Shown: positions 14,340 through 26,627, counted from the first letter of the whole stretch. The stretch: 62,047 nt of DNA, filler included, from Choristocarpus tenellus KU-1152 (GCA_964200185.2; 10 parts of 10 records of this genome joined end to end with filler, not necessarily neighbours in it); one strand, 5' to 3'. Numbers and translations are program-made. Notes: generated by a model not told the origin, from the letters alone.

Positions 14340-14930
14340 CAACAGATATACAATATACAATACTTATATTTTATTATTCCCTCTGACATTTTACAATACT
14401 TATGTTTAGGACATTTTATATACACGTATGTATATAGTTTTCATTGGTTTCCCCCTGACACATCTGCAAAATGTCAGAGGGCATAATAAAAAATAAACAA
14501 TATATATACGTTTTATATTGTTCTTATGTTTAGGATATTTTATTTCCTTAGGGCTAACAACGACATATATATATAGTTTTCATTGGTTTCCCCCCTGACA
14601 CACTGCAAAATGTCAGAGGGTATAATAATAATAAATATACTTATGTTTAGGATATTTTATTTCCTTAGGGCTAACAACGACATATATATTATTATGCCCT
14701 CTGACATATATATAGTTTTCATTGGTTTCCCCCCTCTGACACATCTGCAAAATGTCAGAGGGCATAATAATAAATATACAATATATATACGTTTTATAGT
14801 GTTCTTACAATGTTTTATAGTGTTCTTATGTTAAGGATATTTTATTTCTTTAGGGCTAACAACGACATATATAGTTTCATTGGTTTCCCCCCTGACACAC
14901 AAAATGTCAGAAGGCATAATAATAATATAT
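14340..14930 (+). repeat. Scrambled tandem array of the retroelement 3'-terminal ~130 bp, inverted relative to the adjacent element
   Basis: Four copies of tcattggtttcccc(c)tgacac...aaaatgtcaga.gg.ataata plus repeated cttatgtttaggatattttatttccttagggctaacaacgac blocks. Confidence 0.85.
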
Positions 14931-15199
14931 ATATATACATGTCGTTATTAGCCCTAAGGAAATAAAATATCCTAAATATAAGAACACTATAAAACATTGT
15001 AAGTGTGGAAACCACTAATCAGTTACTTCACCACTATCAAATATTGTACTACTGCCTTCCTTATCTTCCCATCTACCTACTCCTGTGCCCCCGGGGGGGG
15101 AGCTAAGGAAGCATCCCAAGAATCCAACGGACCCCTCCGTGCCAATCTCCCTGGTGACTCCAGGTTAAAACACATGACACGTCGAGACAGTGCCACTTG
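14930..15199 (-). mobile_element. 3' end of the same CRE-like non-LTR retrotransposon
   Basis: QVALSRRVMCFNLESPGR on the minus strand; high nucleotide similarity to 4480-4720 and 33670-33891. Confidence 0.6.
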
Positions 15200-17272
15200 N
15201 NNNNNNNNNNNNNNNNNNNNNNNNNNNNNNNNNNNNNNNNNNNTTAATTAATTAANNNNNNNNNNNNNNNNNNNNNNNNNNNNNNNNNNNNNNNNNNNNC
15301 TTTTCCGCGTATGAAGTATTATTATTTGGTAGTCTTCAAATTCTCATATCTAACCAAAATTCAATTTTTTTTTAATAATAATAAAATAGCTTGAGGCGCG
15401 CGCTTTTCATCAAATAGATTAAATTTTTGCGACTGAACACCGCAAAAAAAAAAGACAGAAGTCACCTCCAGCACAGCCTCGCCGTACCACTGCCAATTAA
15501 TTCTTGTGATCTAGACCGGTTCAAGAACCCTGAACTTGAAGCTATCTGACCCACCGAATCAAAATGAACAAGAACAGGAGTAAAAATAATATAGTGGGGC
15601 CCCTTACTGTACCTGCAAAAAAAAAAAGATGAACCCAGTGAAAAAAATATATTCTTTCCCTTGGGGTTTTTTTTGTACAATGCTTGGAAACAGAGGAGTT
15701 TTTCAATATTTTTTTCTAATACATCCCTACGGCTGAGAACCAATAGGATTGCAGCTTGCAATTATAATCAGTTCGGCTCTTGATCATCGGTAGTCAAGTT
15801 CAAAAAACTGACAGGGTCACAGCACAAAAGCTGGGGCACAGCGTGGCAGTGAGAAATGTGTAAAACAAAAAGGAAACTTTGGGGGCGTGTGTGCACGCGA
15901 AATACACGCAAGATAACTTTAAATTTTAATCAAAAAATATTGGGTCATCAGTTTTCATCACATTTAATCGCATGCAGTCGATTATGATCGACTCTGCTTC
16001 ACACCCTTTATATTCCACAATAAGCAAGCAGCCCAACCCACAATTGCAGAGATCAAAATGCGGGGACCCTCGTGGGAAACAGGTGCATTCATGATGCGCT
16101 CAAAGGCGTTATGGAGCAGCCTATTGATGCCACGGAGTCACAGAACACTGCAGGGGAAATCCAGGCAGCTACAGAGTGCCACGTATCGCCACAGAGCCAG
16201 TCAACCGACCCAACTGACCCCCATACATTTCTCACGCCTTTGAATCCAGATTCCTAAACAAAAGACCACGAATTGACTGAAAAAGGCTTAAGACAGATCC
16301 AGACATCACATACCCTTTTTTAATTCATGTAATAATACATCGTCTTCAGTGCTGATAATGAAACGTGATTGGCTGACCGGACTGACCTGGACCTGCAGTT
16401 CTATGGTAGCGCTTATGAGACGGTACCATAACTTTACATGTATAAAACACGAGGTCACCCATCATACCTAAATAATAGGGTTAGGGTTAGGGTGTCTTCG
16501 TACACGTACGAATGTACACCTCCAGAGGCGGCGCGCACACACTCAGGTTATGTATGTGTAGACTTTGCATCAACAGACTAAAAAGAAAAAAATAGCTTAA
16601 GTTGGGTGAAAAGAGAACCAATAATATATAAAAAAGAACAAAAACAGGGGGTTTCCACAACTTGCAAGTCGTTCAAGTATAATATGTGGGGTTTCTCCAC
16701 ACCTGTCACAAACCATGCCACCAACTCTTACGCATCATACATGCTTCTGAAACTGTTTGTCATCATATTAAGGTATCCAAAAAAGATCACAATATCCCTG
16801 GACTCAAATCAGTAATGAGTGAAGATCGTAGTCTACACAGTCTAACTTCCTTGCAACAGAGAAACCAATTTGACGTAGAGCTCTACTAGGTACAGGCAAC
16901 AGCAGCTACACTGGATCAAATCCATGCTCTCATACATACCTCCAAAGAACCAGAAACTCATCACAGGGATAGAAGTCAAGAGAAGGTGAGGGACAGCCAA
17001 GAACGTGGGAGGGAGGAAGGGGTGCAAAATAGTTACTGCTTGGTGTGAGACAACTACAGCCTACAAGTCAACCTTCAATTCACATTAGTACAATGATAGT
17101 AATAGAGTAGCAGGAGAAATAACATCTGCACACCCAAACCTAACCCTGAGTGTGCAACATAAAGGATGCAGGCATTGTATACATAATGTTCTGATTAATG
17201 CTACAATAGAGGGGAGATGGAACAGGTAGACACATGGGAGGATTGGGCTGTAGTGACCGTGATCAACTTGAC

Positions 17273-18105
17273 CTAGCCCTTAGGAAGGTCGCATTACCGA
17301 GCAGCACCTGACGAAGCATTAGCCTTGTCGACCCAGCGATCCCACTCAAGTGAATTGAATTAGTAGTCCGTCACTCTAAGCAATCCATGTGGTGTAGTTA
17401 TGCTTATGTCCTGTTCTCCATGAAAGAGCGGATATGGAGAGGAGCAAACTCCCTACAAACCTTCACTCGCTCAATAATAAATCAATCAAACAGCTACTGT
17501 GATTCACTCATCAGCTAAAACATGCAACCCGGTGGGAAAAAGGGAGCTTCAATAGTCTCGACATTTCATATCTGCAAGAGCCACCAAACAAGCACGATTG
17601 CCCGATTGAACTTCGAAGAGGTCAACATCTATGACTGTAGAGCAATTGGAAAGGTTGGACTAGATATCATATTTGCATTCGAAATTTGAAACCTAGAGCG
17701 AAAAATGGATTCTCGCCAAAGAGATTCCGCATGAGCAATTTCAGCACGGCTGGCAACAACATGAAGGTAGCAACTAATGCTTCCTGTCAAAATCAATAGT
17801 GTCCCACAGGCTCACCCTCCAGTGATCCTTCGCACGTCCGAATCAGTTCCACATTCATCCTTGGTTTTCTCAGCGCCGTATTTCCTGAGATCCATGAGCA
17901 ATCGTTGAACTGGAGGAAGACGCCCTGGTCCCCTGCCTTCCATATAGGGGTCGCATTCTCTTCGCCCTGGTCCCCACAAACCACCTCCGCTATTTCGTCT
18001 CAACCTTCCTGCCTGAACGGCTTCCCTTAAGCGGTTCTGCCCTGTCCCACTAATTCTCATCCCTATTTGACTGGTTTCAACCGTGGCAGTCCCTCCCGAG
18101 TCCAT
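17273..18105 (-). CDS. Hypothetical protein, first exons of a spliced gene divergent from the TPR gene
   Basis: GC-rich open exon 18105-17816 (MDSGGTATV...RRITG) ends at a gtgag donor and is phase-compatible with a candidate exon 17344-17273 (GIAGSTRLMLRQVLLGNATFLRA). Further possible exons down to about 15466. No recognised domain. Confidence 0.45.
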
Positions 18106-18623
18106 CGCCAGACCTTCCGCAATACGTCGGCCTAGCGGTCTCCGCACCTACTCCTCGACCAAGGCTATATTGGAGGACCACCGTTGCCACCTAACGATGT
18201 GGACTTAAGGGCGTAGGTCTCAACTAGATCATGCCTATCGGCATGCACATGGTCAGTTACACTGTACTGACTACTGCTGTATCTCAATTGCAACTCAAAA
18301 GCAACTATGTTGAAGGTTGGGTGTAGATATGTGAGATAGTTGTTGATTTGATTTATGTCATTGAACAATTTTAATACCAACGAAAAGTGTGGTGTTAGTT
18401 GTGGTGTTGATCTTAGAGTTACAAACCTGGGGAAGGATCGTTGTGCATAGATATCGAGGATTTCAGTTTCCTCAGTTTCCTCGTTCCTCCTTTGGTTCTC
18501 TGCTTGACCTTTTTGGTTGCATTCAATAGTTGAACCTCTGTTACTCGTTTTGCTTTACAGGCTTAAAAGGGCTCTGATCATAGCGCTTATATCCTGGTCT
18601 GGGCATCGCAAATTGACCTTATC

Positions 18624-19636
18624 ATGTGGTATCGACGTTCAAGGACATTAAGTGCCTCCCTTAAGGCGTTCTTGGCGTGCTCGTTCGCATTGATCGGCAC
18701 AAAATCTCTCGCTTACTCCAAAGGTGGAGATGAAAGCATCGGCACAGAGCTCATGCGCGATGGCGTGGCCGCAGTTCAGTCGAGGGACTTCGAGCGCGCG
18801 GTGAAACTGCTGGGGGATGTAGTGAGAGGAGATCCAAATGACCAGAGAAAACGTGCATATCTTGGGAGCGCACTCTACATGTCCGGGTGAGATGTTATCT
18901 TGCTGTTATCTTGCTCTTATCTTGTTGCGATCTGTTTATCAGATACAAATGCTTAAGATAAGGATGGAGATTGAACATATAAATCCATGGTCCTAGCAAC
19001 GTGTATAACAAAGGCAATGTGGGAGGGTGGAGAGGTGAGCTAACACGAATGATGGACAAGATCTGATAAATCGGCTACCTATAAACCCTGGCAGAAGTAG
19101 ACAAGTTTGAATATATGGCCTCATTCTGTGTTGGTATTGATATATCCGGGTTGGCCTCTTGATTCAATCCTCCAACAACAAGGTCATATGGCGCATTTGA
19201 AGTAAATCCTCATTCCAAGATAATGTGGATCACGCTTGGCGGCAATGAGATTGCTCTTCTTTCGTCGATAACAGGCCGCATTGTTTTGCATCCTCCGCTT
19301 GTCTCTTTCTCCATCATTACTGGGTCACAACATGATGATAGCATTGACGTGTTCGCAAGTTTGAAACCCTCTCGTTCAAGAATATCTCCAGGGTTTACGA
19401 TTTTTTTGCTTGTTTTCACCTCCTAAAATTGAGGACACCCCTATTTTCTCCATCAGAGATTTTGTCTCTGCAGAACTACACATGCTTGAGGCCGTACGAC
19501 TTCAACCCAATAATGTCCATTATTGGAGTAACTTGGGGCTCCTTTACATTGAATGGGGGCCTGGACGAATAGACCAAGGTCTGAGGGTGTATGAGGAAGC
19601 CATCCTACAGACAGGAGATCCTGGCGGCATCATAAG
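18624..19636 (+). CDS. Signal-peptide/anchor TPR-repeat protein, 5' part (2 exons visible)
   Basis: Exon 18624-18886 (donor GG/gtgag) joins exon 19457-19636 (acceptor catcag) in frame. TPR-like helices DFERAVKLLGDVVRGDPNDQRKRAYLGSALYMSG-DFVSAELHMLEAVRLQPNNVHYWSNLGLLY; hydrophobic N-terminus. Truncated by the contig end. Confidence 0.75.
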
Positions 19637-19878
19637 GTGAAACAGTCCATCCAAATGTTCTCACCTTAGAGTAACCTCATAAGTGGATTAAGAAGAGTAC
19701 AACAGAATGCAAGTGGTTTAGATAGGTTTGAAAGAAGCAACCTTTGTTACCTGTTGTTACCGACTTGTCTTGTTGCTGTTATTGATCCACATCATCATCA
19801 ACCTTACCTTTGCAACTTTGAAGGGGCGTGTTCTTCAAGTTTCACCTTGTTTTTGAGAGAAGAATTTATTTTGACTCG

Positions 19879-20136
19879 GAGGGAAAGTATCTTAGAGGGT
19901 ACGAGCTTTGCCCTGTTTGTCCGTTTGGGCCTTGACTTCCGACGGGTTTTTTATTACATTCTACCTACTCCGAAATGTTCCAGAGCAGGTAAAATGTGTA
20001 CGTTATGAAAAGTTGTGTCTGGAACAAGGATATTGACACTTCCACAAAAACACGATAGCCAAAATTACATCAAATGGCAACATTGGATTTTGGCCCCCAA
20101 ACAGACAAGGCCCTACCCTCTAAGATAATTTCACTC
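19879..20136 (+). mobile_element. MITE family A copy (~260 bp, ~23-bp TIR GAGNNAAAGTATCTTAGAGGGTA)
   Basis: Inverted termini aaagtatcttagagggta / taccctctaagataattt; interior aligns with the copies at 26832, 31182 and 42823. Confidence 0.85.
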
Positions 20137-20356
20137 TCAACTACAGGCTCAAAGTATCTGGGGGGGNNNNNNNNNNNNNNNNNNNNNNNNNNNNNNNNNN
20201 NNNNNNNNNNTTAATTAATTAANNNNNNNNNNNNNNNNNNNNNNNNNNNNNNNNNNNNNNNNNNNNCTCCTATCCCTTCTAACATAAAGTATGTAATGGG
20301 TCAGTTTGTCACTGCCCCCCCCCCCCCCACCCTCCCCTCCCAATGCTACTGCCCTC

Positions 20357-23300
20357 CTAGCTGTTGGCAACAGCCTTCATTATGTCCATTGCATCAAACT
20401 TGAACTCGCCAAACAGGCCTAACCCTCCACCTCCACTCCCTTCACCGCATGTTGACACACCTCCACGTCCCTCTGTACATGCCTCTTGAAGTTGCCGCCC
20501 AGGGCTTAAGGCAACACACGGGGCCATAACTGGGCGGCTACAGACCTTCTTGGTCCTAGTCCCCTTTGGTTGTGCATTTGCTGCTGCCCCCATCAATGCC
20601 ACCACAGCAGGTGCAAGGCCTTCATACAATCCCTTTGTTTGAACTTGCTGGGTAACTTCAGGTTTTAATAGACTCCTTTCACTATCCATCTTCGGCACTT
20701 GAGCAGAAGTGGGTGTTCCTACAGTCTCTACTTCCCGGAGGGGTACCCGCTCCTTGAGCCGCTTTACCCTATCCTCTGCCCGTGGTTGTGTCATGCATGG
20801 TACATGCGTCTCTCCAACTACAGTAATATCCAATGCCTTTCCTTTGGCTCGTGCAGTCGCCACAGCAGGAGGGGGTGGAGGGGGCTGATCACCAAACTCA
20901 TGGGGATTACCGTCATACACAAACGTTCGGCCTGTGAGTCGCTCATTTGCTGCTAGCATTGCCTCAAAGCCCCACCCCTGTTGTTGGGCTGAGCAGGTCG
21001 CATCTCCACCCCCTGCTTCATCTCCACCAAAGGTGTCCTGATTGTACACATCATAACCCCTAGCAGGTGTTGAGCCACGGCGCCCTGGTGCCGAGTTTGC
21101 CCTCTCTGTTCCTCCTCCCCCAACATCCTTGTTGCCAGACTTGCTGTTCTTACGCTGCTTTGTGGATGAGACCTTTGGAGAGAACTTGGCCCCACTCTCA
21201 CCCCCACTATTATTTGGAATAAGCGACGACTCCAACCCTCGACCCTTCCGCACATGAGTAGCACTCTGTGTACGAACACCTGACCAACACATTGGAAAAG
21301 GAGAGGAGGTTTGAGACCACATGACACAGCAGAGCATGGTAAGGAGCCCCCTGAACATCAGGAATGGCATGTTTTGTTATGACATTTATAAAATATACGT
21401 AAATTGTTTCACACCCAAATCAAATGGCTCAAACTGTCATCTTGTATAAAAAACAGGCACCAAAGGTTTTCAGAATATCAATGGAGGGTTACAAATAGAA
21501 AAACATAGCAGGGCCCACCTGTTGTGTGCAACTTTGACTTCACTGCCTTGTCCCCAACATTCTTGTCCATCCACCTCCGCAGACGTGTCATGAACACATC
21601 AACCCCATAGGCTCCCTTTGGCAAGGCGTCTAGGGGAAACCACTCAATAGCAGAGATCTCCTTTCGCACCTGACCCAGCCATCATTAATTCAGTTGAGGT
21701 GGTTTGAAAGGTGAAGGCAATATGGAAAGCCAAGCGAATCACAGGATTGTACTACAAAGCCTGTAGAACAAAGTCGCTTTGTGCTTACATTCTCCAGTTT
21801 TTAATCTAGACCAACTCACCATCCCCAAACATCCCCCTCACCTGTGGCTCAAACTTGAAATTCTCATCCACCCCTGTGACAATATACATTGTAGACTGCT
21901 GACCATTGAGGTAGACAGTGAAGGACTTCTTTTCACTGGTCATTCCCTCAGCATTGTACCCTGTTTCTTCCAAGACCTGATTGTTATGTTGTGGACAGTG
22001 TCTAAGTGCTGTGTTCACTACATCGAGTGTATCAACTACCATCCTATCGGGTGACATCAGGGTGATATCAAATTGAGAACATTCATGCTCTTACCTCTCG
22101 TACAGCAGCAGCTGAAGGGGTTTCTCCCTGATTAATCTTTCCCTTAGGGAGTCCACGTCCCTTTCCTTTCCAGCTCTTGACAAGTACCAGCTTAGTCATG
22201 TCCTTGTTCAGGAGAATGCATCCTATTTGAGATGGGGACATGAAGGTTGCATACTAATGCTGAGCAATTTAACAGGAAAGAAGACATTGGAGACATTTTA
22301 AAAATGACGAACATATTTCACAGTTGGAACAAGCACATAAATGAGCTACAACGGTGGGACCTTCAAGAATAAGAAAAAGAAAGCATGCAGGAGAAGTTGA
22401 GTAGAGCACACTAACACACAATTGATTGTGAAATTTTCAACTAGATTCTTGATTTGTCTCCAAATATCCTTCACACACACACACACACACACACATACAC
22501 ACCTGCTGTAGGAATGGTACCCTTCCAGGATCGGAAGTACTCAAAGAGCTCATTATACTTTCCCCTCAGCGGTTTTAGTGCCTCGCTATACTCAAACAAT
22601 AGCTTGGCAAACTCCTGAATAGCAATAGGATCAGACACAGCAAACAACCAGAAACAAGAACATAGTGGTGTCAGTCAACTACAATGCTTCAGGACATGAT
22701 GTGAGAGGTGATCTTACACATAAATTCTACATTACTTCAGGATGAAAGAACTGTGGAATAGGGATGAAACCAACAGGATGTTTGCAGTGAATGCAGATGA
22801 GAGGAAACCAGAACACATCATCACCATACCTTCATCCTAACCCAACAAAATGAACTCCATGTGCCTTACACTCACCTTGAGCTGAAAATGAGGGAGATGC
22901 GGATGTACATCAGCTATGAAGTCTTCATAGAACCACCATGCTTGCTCCAGCTGATAAAAAAAACACAGTTGAAAGTCCCAGGACAGACAAAAGTCCATCA
23001 CCATGCAAATAGCAAATTGATGGGGGAACGGAGCCAAATAAGCATGGGAGGTGCACAGGGGAAGGAGAGGGGACAGCAAGGAGATTCAATCACATTCCCA
23101 TGCCTTATTCAGTGAACTACACATCTTGCAAAGCAAGAAAATATCTGAAACATACTCTCAAATGCCATGTGCCTTGCGACTCTTTCTTGGGTCTTCCATG
23201 AGAAATCACTCCCCTCATACCTCAACATTTCTAATCTACAGGATGCAGTTATACAAACATGTGACCGTCATCGTGTGCAAGAACATGACTTGCTCACCTG

Positions 23301-23997
23301 AAAAAAGAGTCTGTCCGCTGAGCTCATCTCTGCTTCAGGGAGATTCAGAACAAATCGTACCTGACCGAGCATGCGCAAAAACACACACAGAAGGGCAACA
23401 TTAGAATAACCCAAATATTATTTTCAACGCTCACTGATTTGATTCAAGAGATGGGAGTACGTCAACTAGAGACTTCATTGAGTAACCTCTATGGACAACA
23501 GGATAACAATCTGTATTCTTTCTCAGTCTTTAGCAATGAATAGAAGTGAAAAGCACACTGCTCATTATTAAACAGCGAGGCGCACAACATTTAGGAGAGG
23601 TACATCCAAGAGGACCTGCACCTGCACATCCAGAAGAGCATCCTCAAGTGTCGGACCCCTGGGCTTCACAACACTTTTTTTAACGGGACTCGCAGGTGGA
23701 AATGTGCCCACGCTATTCTGCTCATTCCCCTGGCCCTCTTTGGTCTTCACTTGTGGGCAGGCACCCTCGTCAAATGCGGCGAGGGCCTTTAGTTTCGAGA
23801 GTTGTGCCGCTCGTGCGATGGCAACAGAAGCTGAGGAAGAGCGTGGTCTTTGCTGTTGGACCTGCTGAGATTTTTATCGCCAACGTGACATTAAGTGAGA
23901 AGAAGAAATGAAACTATGGGGGAGGGATACGGTGGGCCATGCATCAGTGTTGATGTGCACACTACTTACCGGCCTGCGCTAGCATTGGAAGATACAT
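20357..23997 (-). CDS. DCP2: mRNA decapping enzyme DCP2 (Box A + Nudix hydrolase + disordered C-terminal tail), multi-exon
   Basis: GT-AG exons join in frame: ~23830-23622 (...TLEDALLDVQ), 23360-23298 (VRFVLNLPEAEMSSADRLFFQ), 22950-22876 (LEQAWWFYEDF..., Box A), 22614-22503, 22222-22095 (CILLNKDMTKLVLVKSW...PKGKINQGETPSAAAVRE), 21976-21842 (VLEETG, completes Nudix box), 21669-21519 (VRKEISAIEWF), 21279-20357 (tail, TAG). The first exon (23997-23970, MYLPMLAQA) is tentative. Confidence 0.93.
22472..22501. repeat. (CA)n microsatellite in a DCP2 intron
   Basis: cacacacacacacacacacacacaca read directly, just inside the splice donor. Confidence 0.9.
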
Positions 23998-26577
23998 TAT
24001 TCCCAGAATGGCACAGTCTAGCGGACTCAAGGCAAAGTAGGCTTAACAATCCAGTTATCACCGTGAGGGTCCCGTTAACACTCAGTTCCTCAGACTGGCG
24101 CAGACTCACATGCCCACCAGCTCTATGCGACGGCATATTAAAAGCCCCGGCCGTTCCCATTCGGTAACCTTTTATCGCATTAACCAAAGAAAATGTATAC
24201 AGGGATGACTCACTTGTATCTGTCCCTGCATCGAAGTCCTCTTGCCAGGCTTCTTTCGTGGCGTTGAATGTGCACTCGCGACTTGAATGACCTCTGTTGT
24301 GTGTTGACCCTTTCCAGGCATCTCTATGTGTCAATGCGTGAAAGCTAACTATATACCTGACTCCTGCGAGGTGACTCACGTGAGGATAATTTGTTCGGTT
24401 TGTCACTACCGCTTCTATGACCGCAATATTAGGACACTGGGGAATGGGATCTAGGACCCCTCGCAACGGATGTGCCGAACACCCTGCCCAACTTTCCCCA
24501 ATAACGAATCAAAGAAAGCTCCCAAAATAAATCTAAGATGTCTATTGCATGGATATCCTGACGATAGACGCCCTCACAGTCTCGTCCTCTTGCTGGTATT
24601 CGCCGCAGGTGGAACTATTCTGTTGTGGAAGCCTCACCCTGCCCAAAGTTTGCGTTGGGACTGATACCTCACCGATCACCTCTCAAAATTCCTTGGAAGG
24701 AAGAGATTGGGGTCAAATTGATACTTTGAATCACACCAAGGGAGGGGTGTTAGACTCAAAGATATTAGGTGGAATCGAGTTGTGCGCCAGTAGAGTGGTA
24801 AGTGATAACTGGAACTGAACAACAAGAAGTGTGTCGCACTCAAATGTTGCCTTCACCTTTTTGCTTGTTATCAGGGTCTTTAATCAAAATAAAAAAATAG
24901 AATAGGAGAGATGATGGAAGGAATGAGGTATAACTCCATGTTGTTGGTGTTGGAAGTTCAAAGGTTCAAAATTTTCCAACCCCTTCAGCCTCAGGAAAAA
25001 AAATTGGTTGGAGTTTTGTGGTCGGTAAGGAGTGAAACAAGAGACCATGTATAGAGTAAAATTATACCGTTATTGTTATTGTGACATATAGTATACCGTT
25101 CTAAAAATGAACATGTTCTTTCTAAAAAATCCAAAAATATTTTTTGTTATTTCGTGGATTCCAAACAGATATCCTCCTCAAATTAAAAAAAAAAGTATCA
25201 TCCTGCTAAAACATCAGAATATAATATCAACTTACTCACCAAATAACAAAAACTATAAATAGTAATAGTAGCAAATAACAAATTTAGAAGATCATTCCTC
25301 CTCAACAAAAAAATTGTTGGAATAACCCAATGATCACCAGTCACAAAACCCCGTTCCATACTTCACCACAATCTATCTCCATGGTGAGGAGAGTTGGTTA
25401 ACTGATGAAACATTGGTTCACGCATGATGTATTGATGGTTGAAATATTGAGTAGATGTTATGAATGATGACGAGATTATCTGTTTCCACAAGAGTGTACT
25501 GGTTGTGTGGGACCAGCAAGATGTAACCTTGTTTTAATGGATGTAGTTGTCAAAGTGCTTCACAAAAATATATAGATCGCTCAAGGTGTCGTATGTACAG
25601 AGGGAATATCTCATTGGGGACCCAGTCTGACGAATTGTTTATTATGGTTCTTGCATGAAGACTAGGACCTTATCTGGAATGGGAGAACTTACTTAATTAA
25701 GAAGTATGGTTCACACGTTATATGTCTCGAGGAGCTCGACCTGAAAAAGCACCTACCTCTGTTCATCTGTTTCATTTACCTACAGAAAGGATATGAATCT
25801 GTTGACCGCGATCTTGTGTGACACTGTCCTTGTCAAGTTTGGAGTGTGTGAGAAGACGTTTTCATTTGCCAATTCTATAGTGGAATGCGGGCATGTGTCT
25901 GCATGGATGATGGGTAGTACAGATTGGGTCGAGGCCAGGCAAGACGTTTGGGAAGGGTGTGAACTTGCTTCCATCCTCTTCATCGTCTCCTTCGTTGCAT
26001 CATCACGACAGTAGTTCAGGAAAAACTATGACCCATCCATCTCCAAGAAGAACCTTGTTTGTCAAAGGAACTGCGAAAAACAACTGGATCAGACGAGGAT
26101 GAACGTGATAGGTAGTAGGTAACACTTGAGTGGCACCTATGGGTTTTGCTTTATGCTGACGATGTGGAGATTGTGTATTGATTGGAGCAAACAAAGTTTG
26201 CCGGGATGATGACAAGAGTGATTCTGAAGGGTAGACAGGTCATTCGGGCTGGGTTTGAAAGAGATCGTGTGCTTTCTACGTCCCAACAAGGTGCAACGTT
26301 ACGCAGATCCAAACTTTGGGTCAGCACCACAAGCGGAGTGACAATTTTGTTTGCCTTAGAAAGGCTGTCAACGATAAACTGATGTTACCCGCAATCAATC
26401 ACATTACAGGTTCTAGAAGTTTGGGGATATTTCTACACCAACAGCCAGGTGCTATATGACAGAATCACAGGTGTATCCCTCTAGCTCAAAATCCGAATGC
26501 TCAAGGCTGAAGTTTCTTACTGAGGCCTGTTATACGGTTAAGTGATATGGACACTTCCCCAGGTCCACTCTATGAAG

Positions 26578-26627
26578 GACTCAAAGTATCTGTGAGGGGG
26601 GGGGGGGTACACCAGGGTGTCCATTTG
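26578..26627 (+). mobile_element. Terminus of related TIR family B (GRSYCAAAGTATCT-polyG-...GTCCATTT), cut by a gap
   Basis: The same terminus occurs at 4893-4909, 6283-6338, 10470-10505, 20146-20166, 52494-52553 and 62025-62047, mostly at contig ends. Confidence 0.7.

Noticed and set aside
14340-14930. CRISPR array or hammerhead ribozyme interpretation of the hairpin-containing array
   Set aside because: Units are copies of a retroelement 3' end with no unique spacers or cas genes; the hammerhead CUGAnGA/GAAA core is absent.
24549-24818. Possible plus-strand exon ending at a gtaagt donor
   Set aside because: No recognisable homology and no joinable partner exon.
25400-26560. Coding-like decayed stretch upstream of DCP2
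   Set aside because: Probably TE debris, but no motif could be assigned with confidence.
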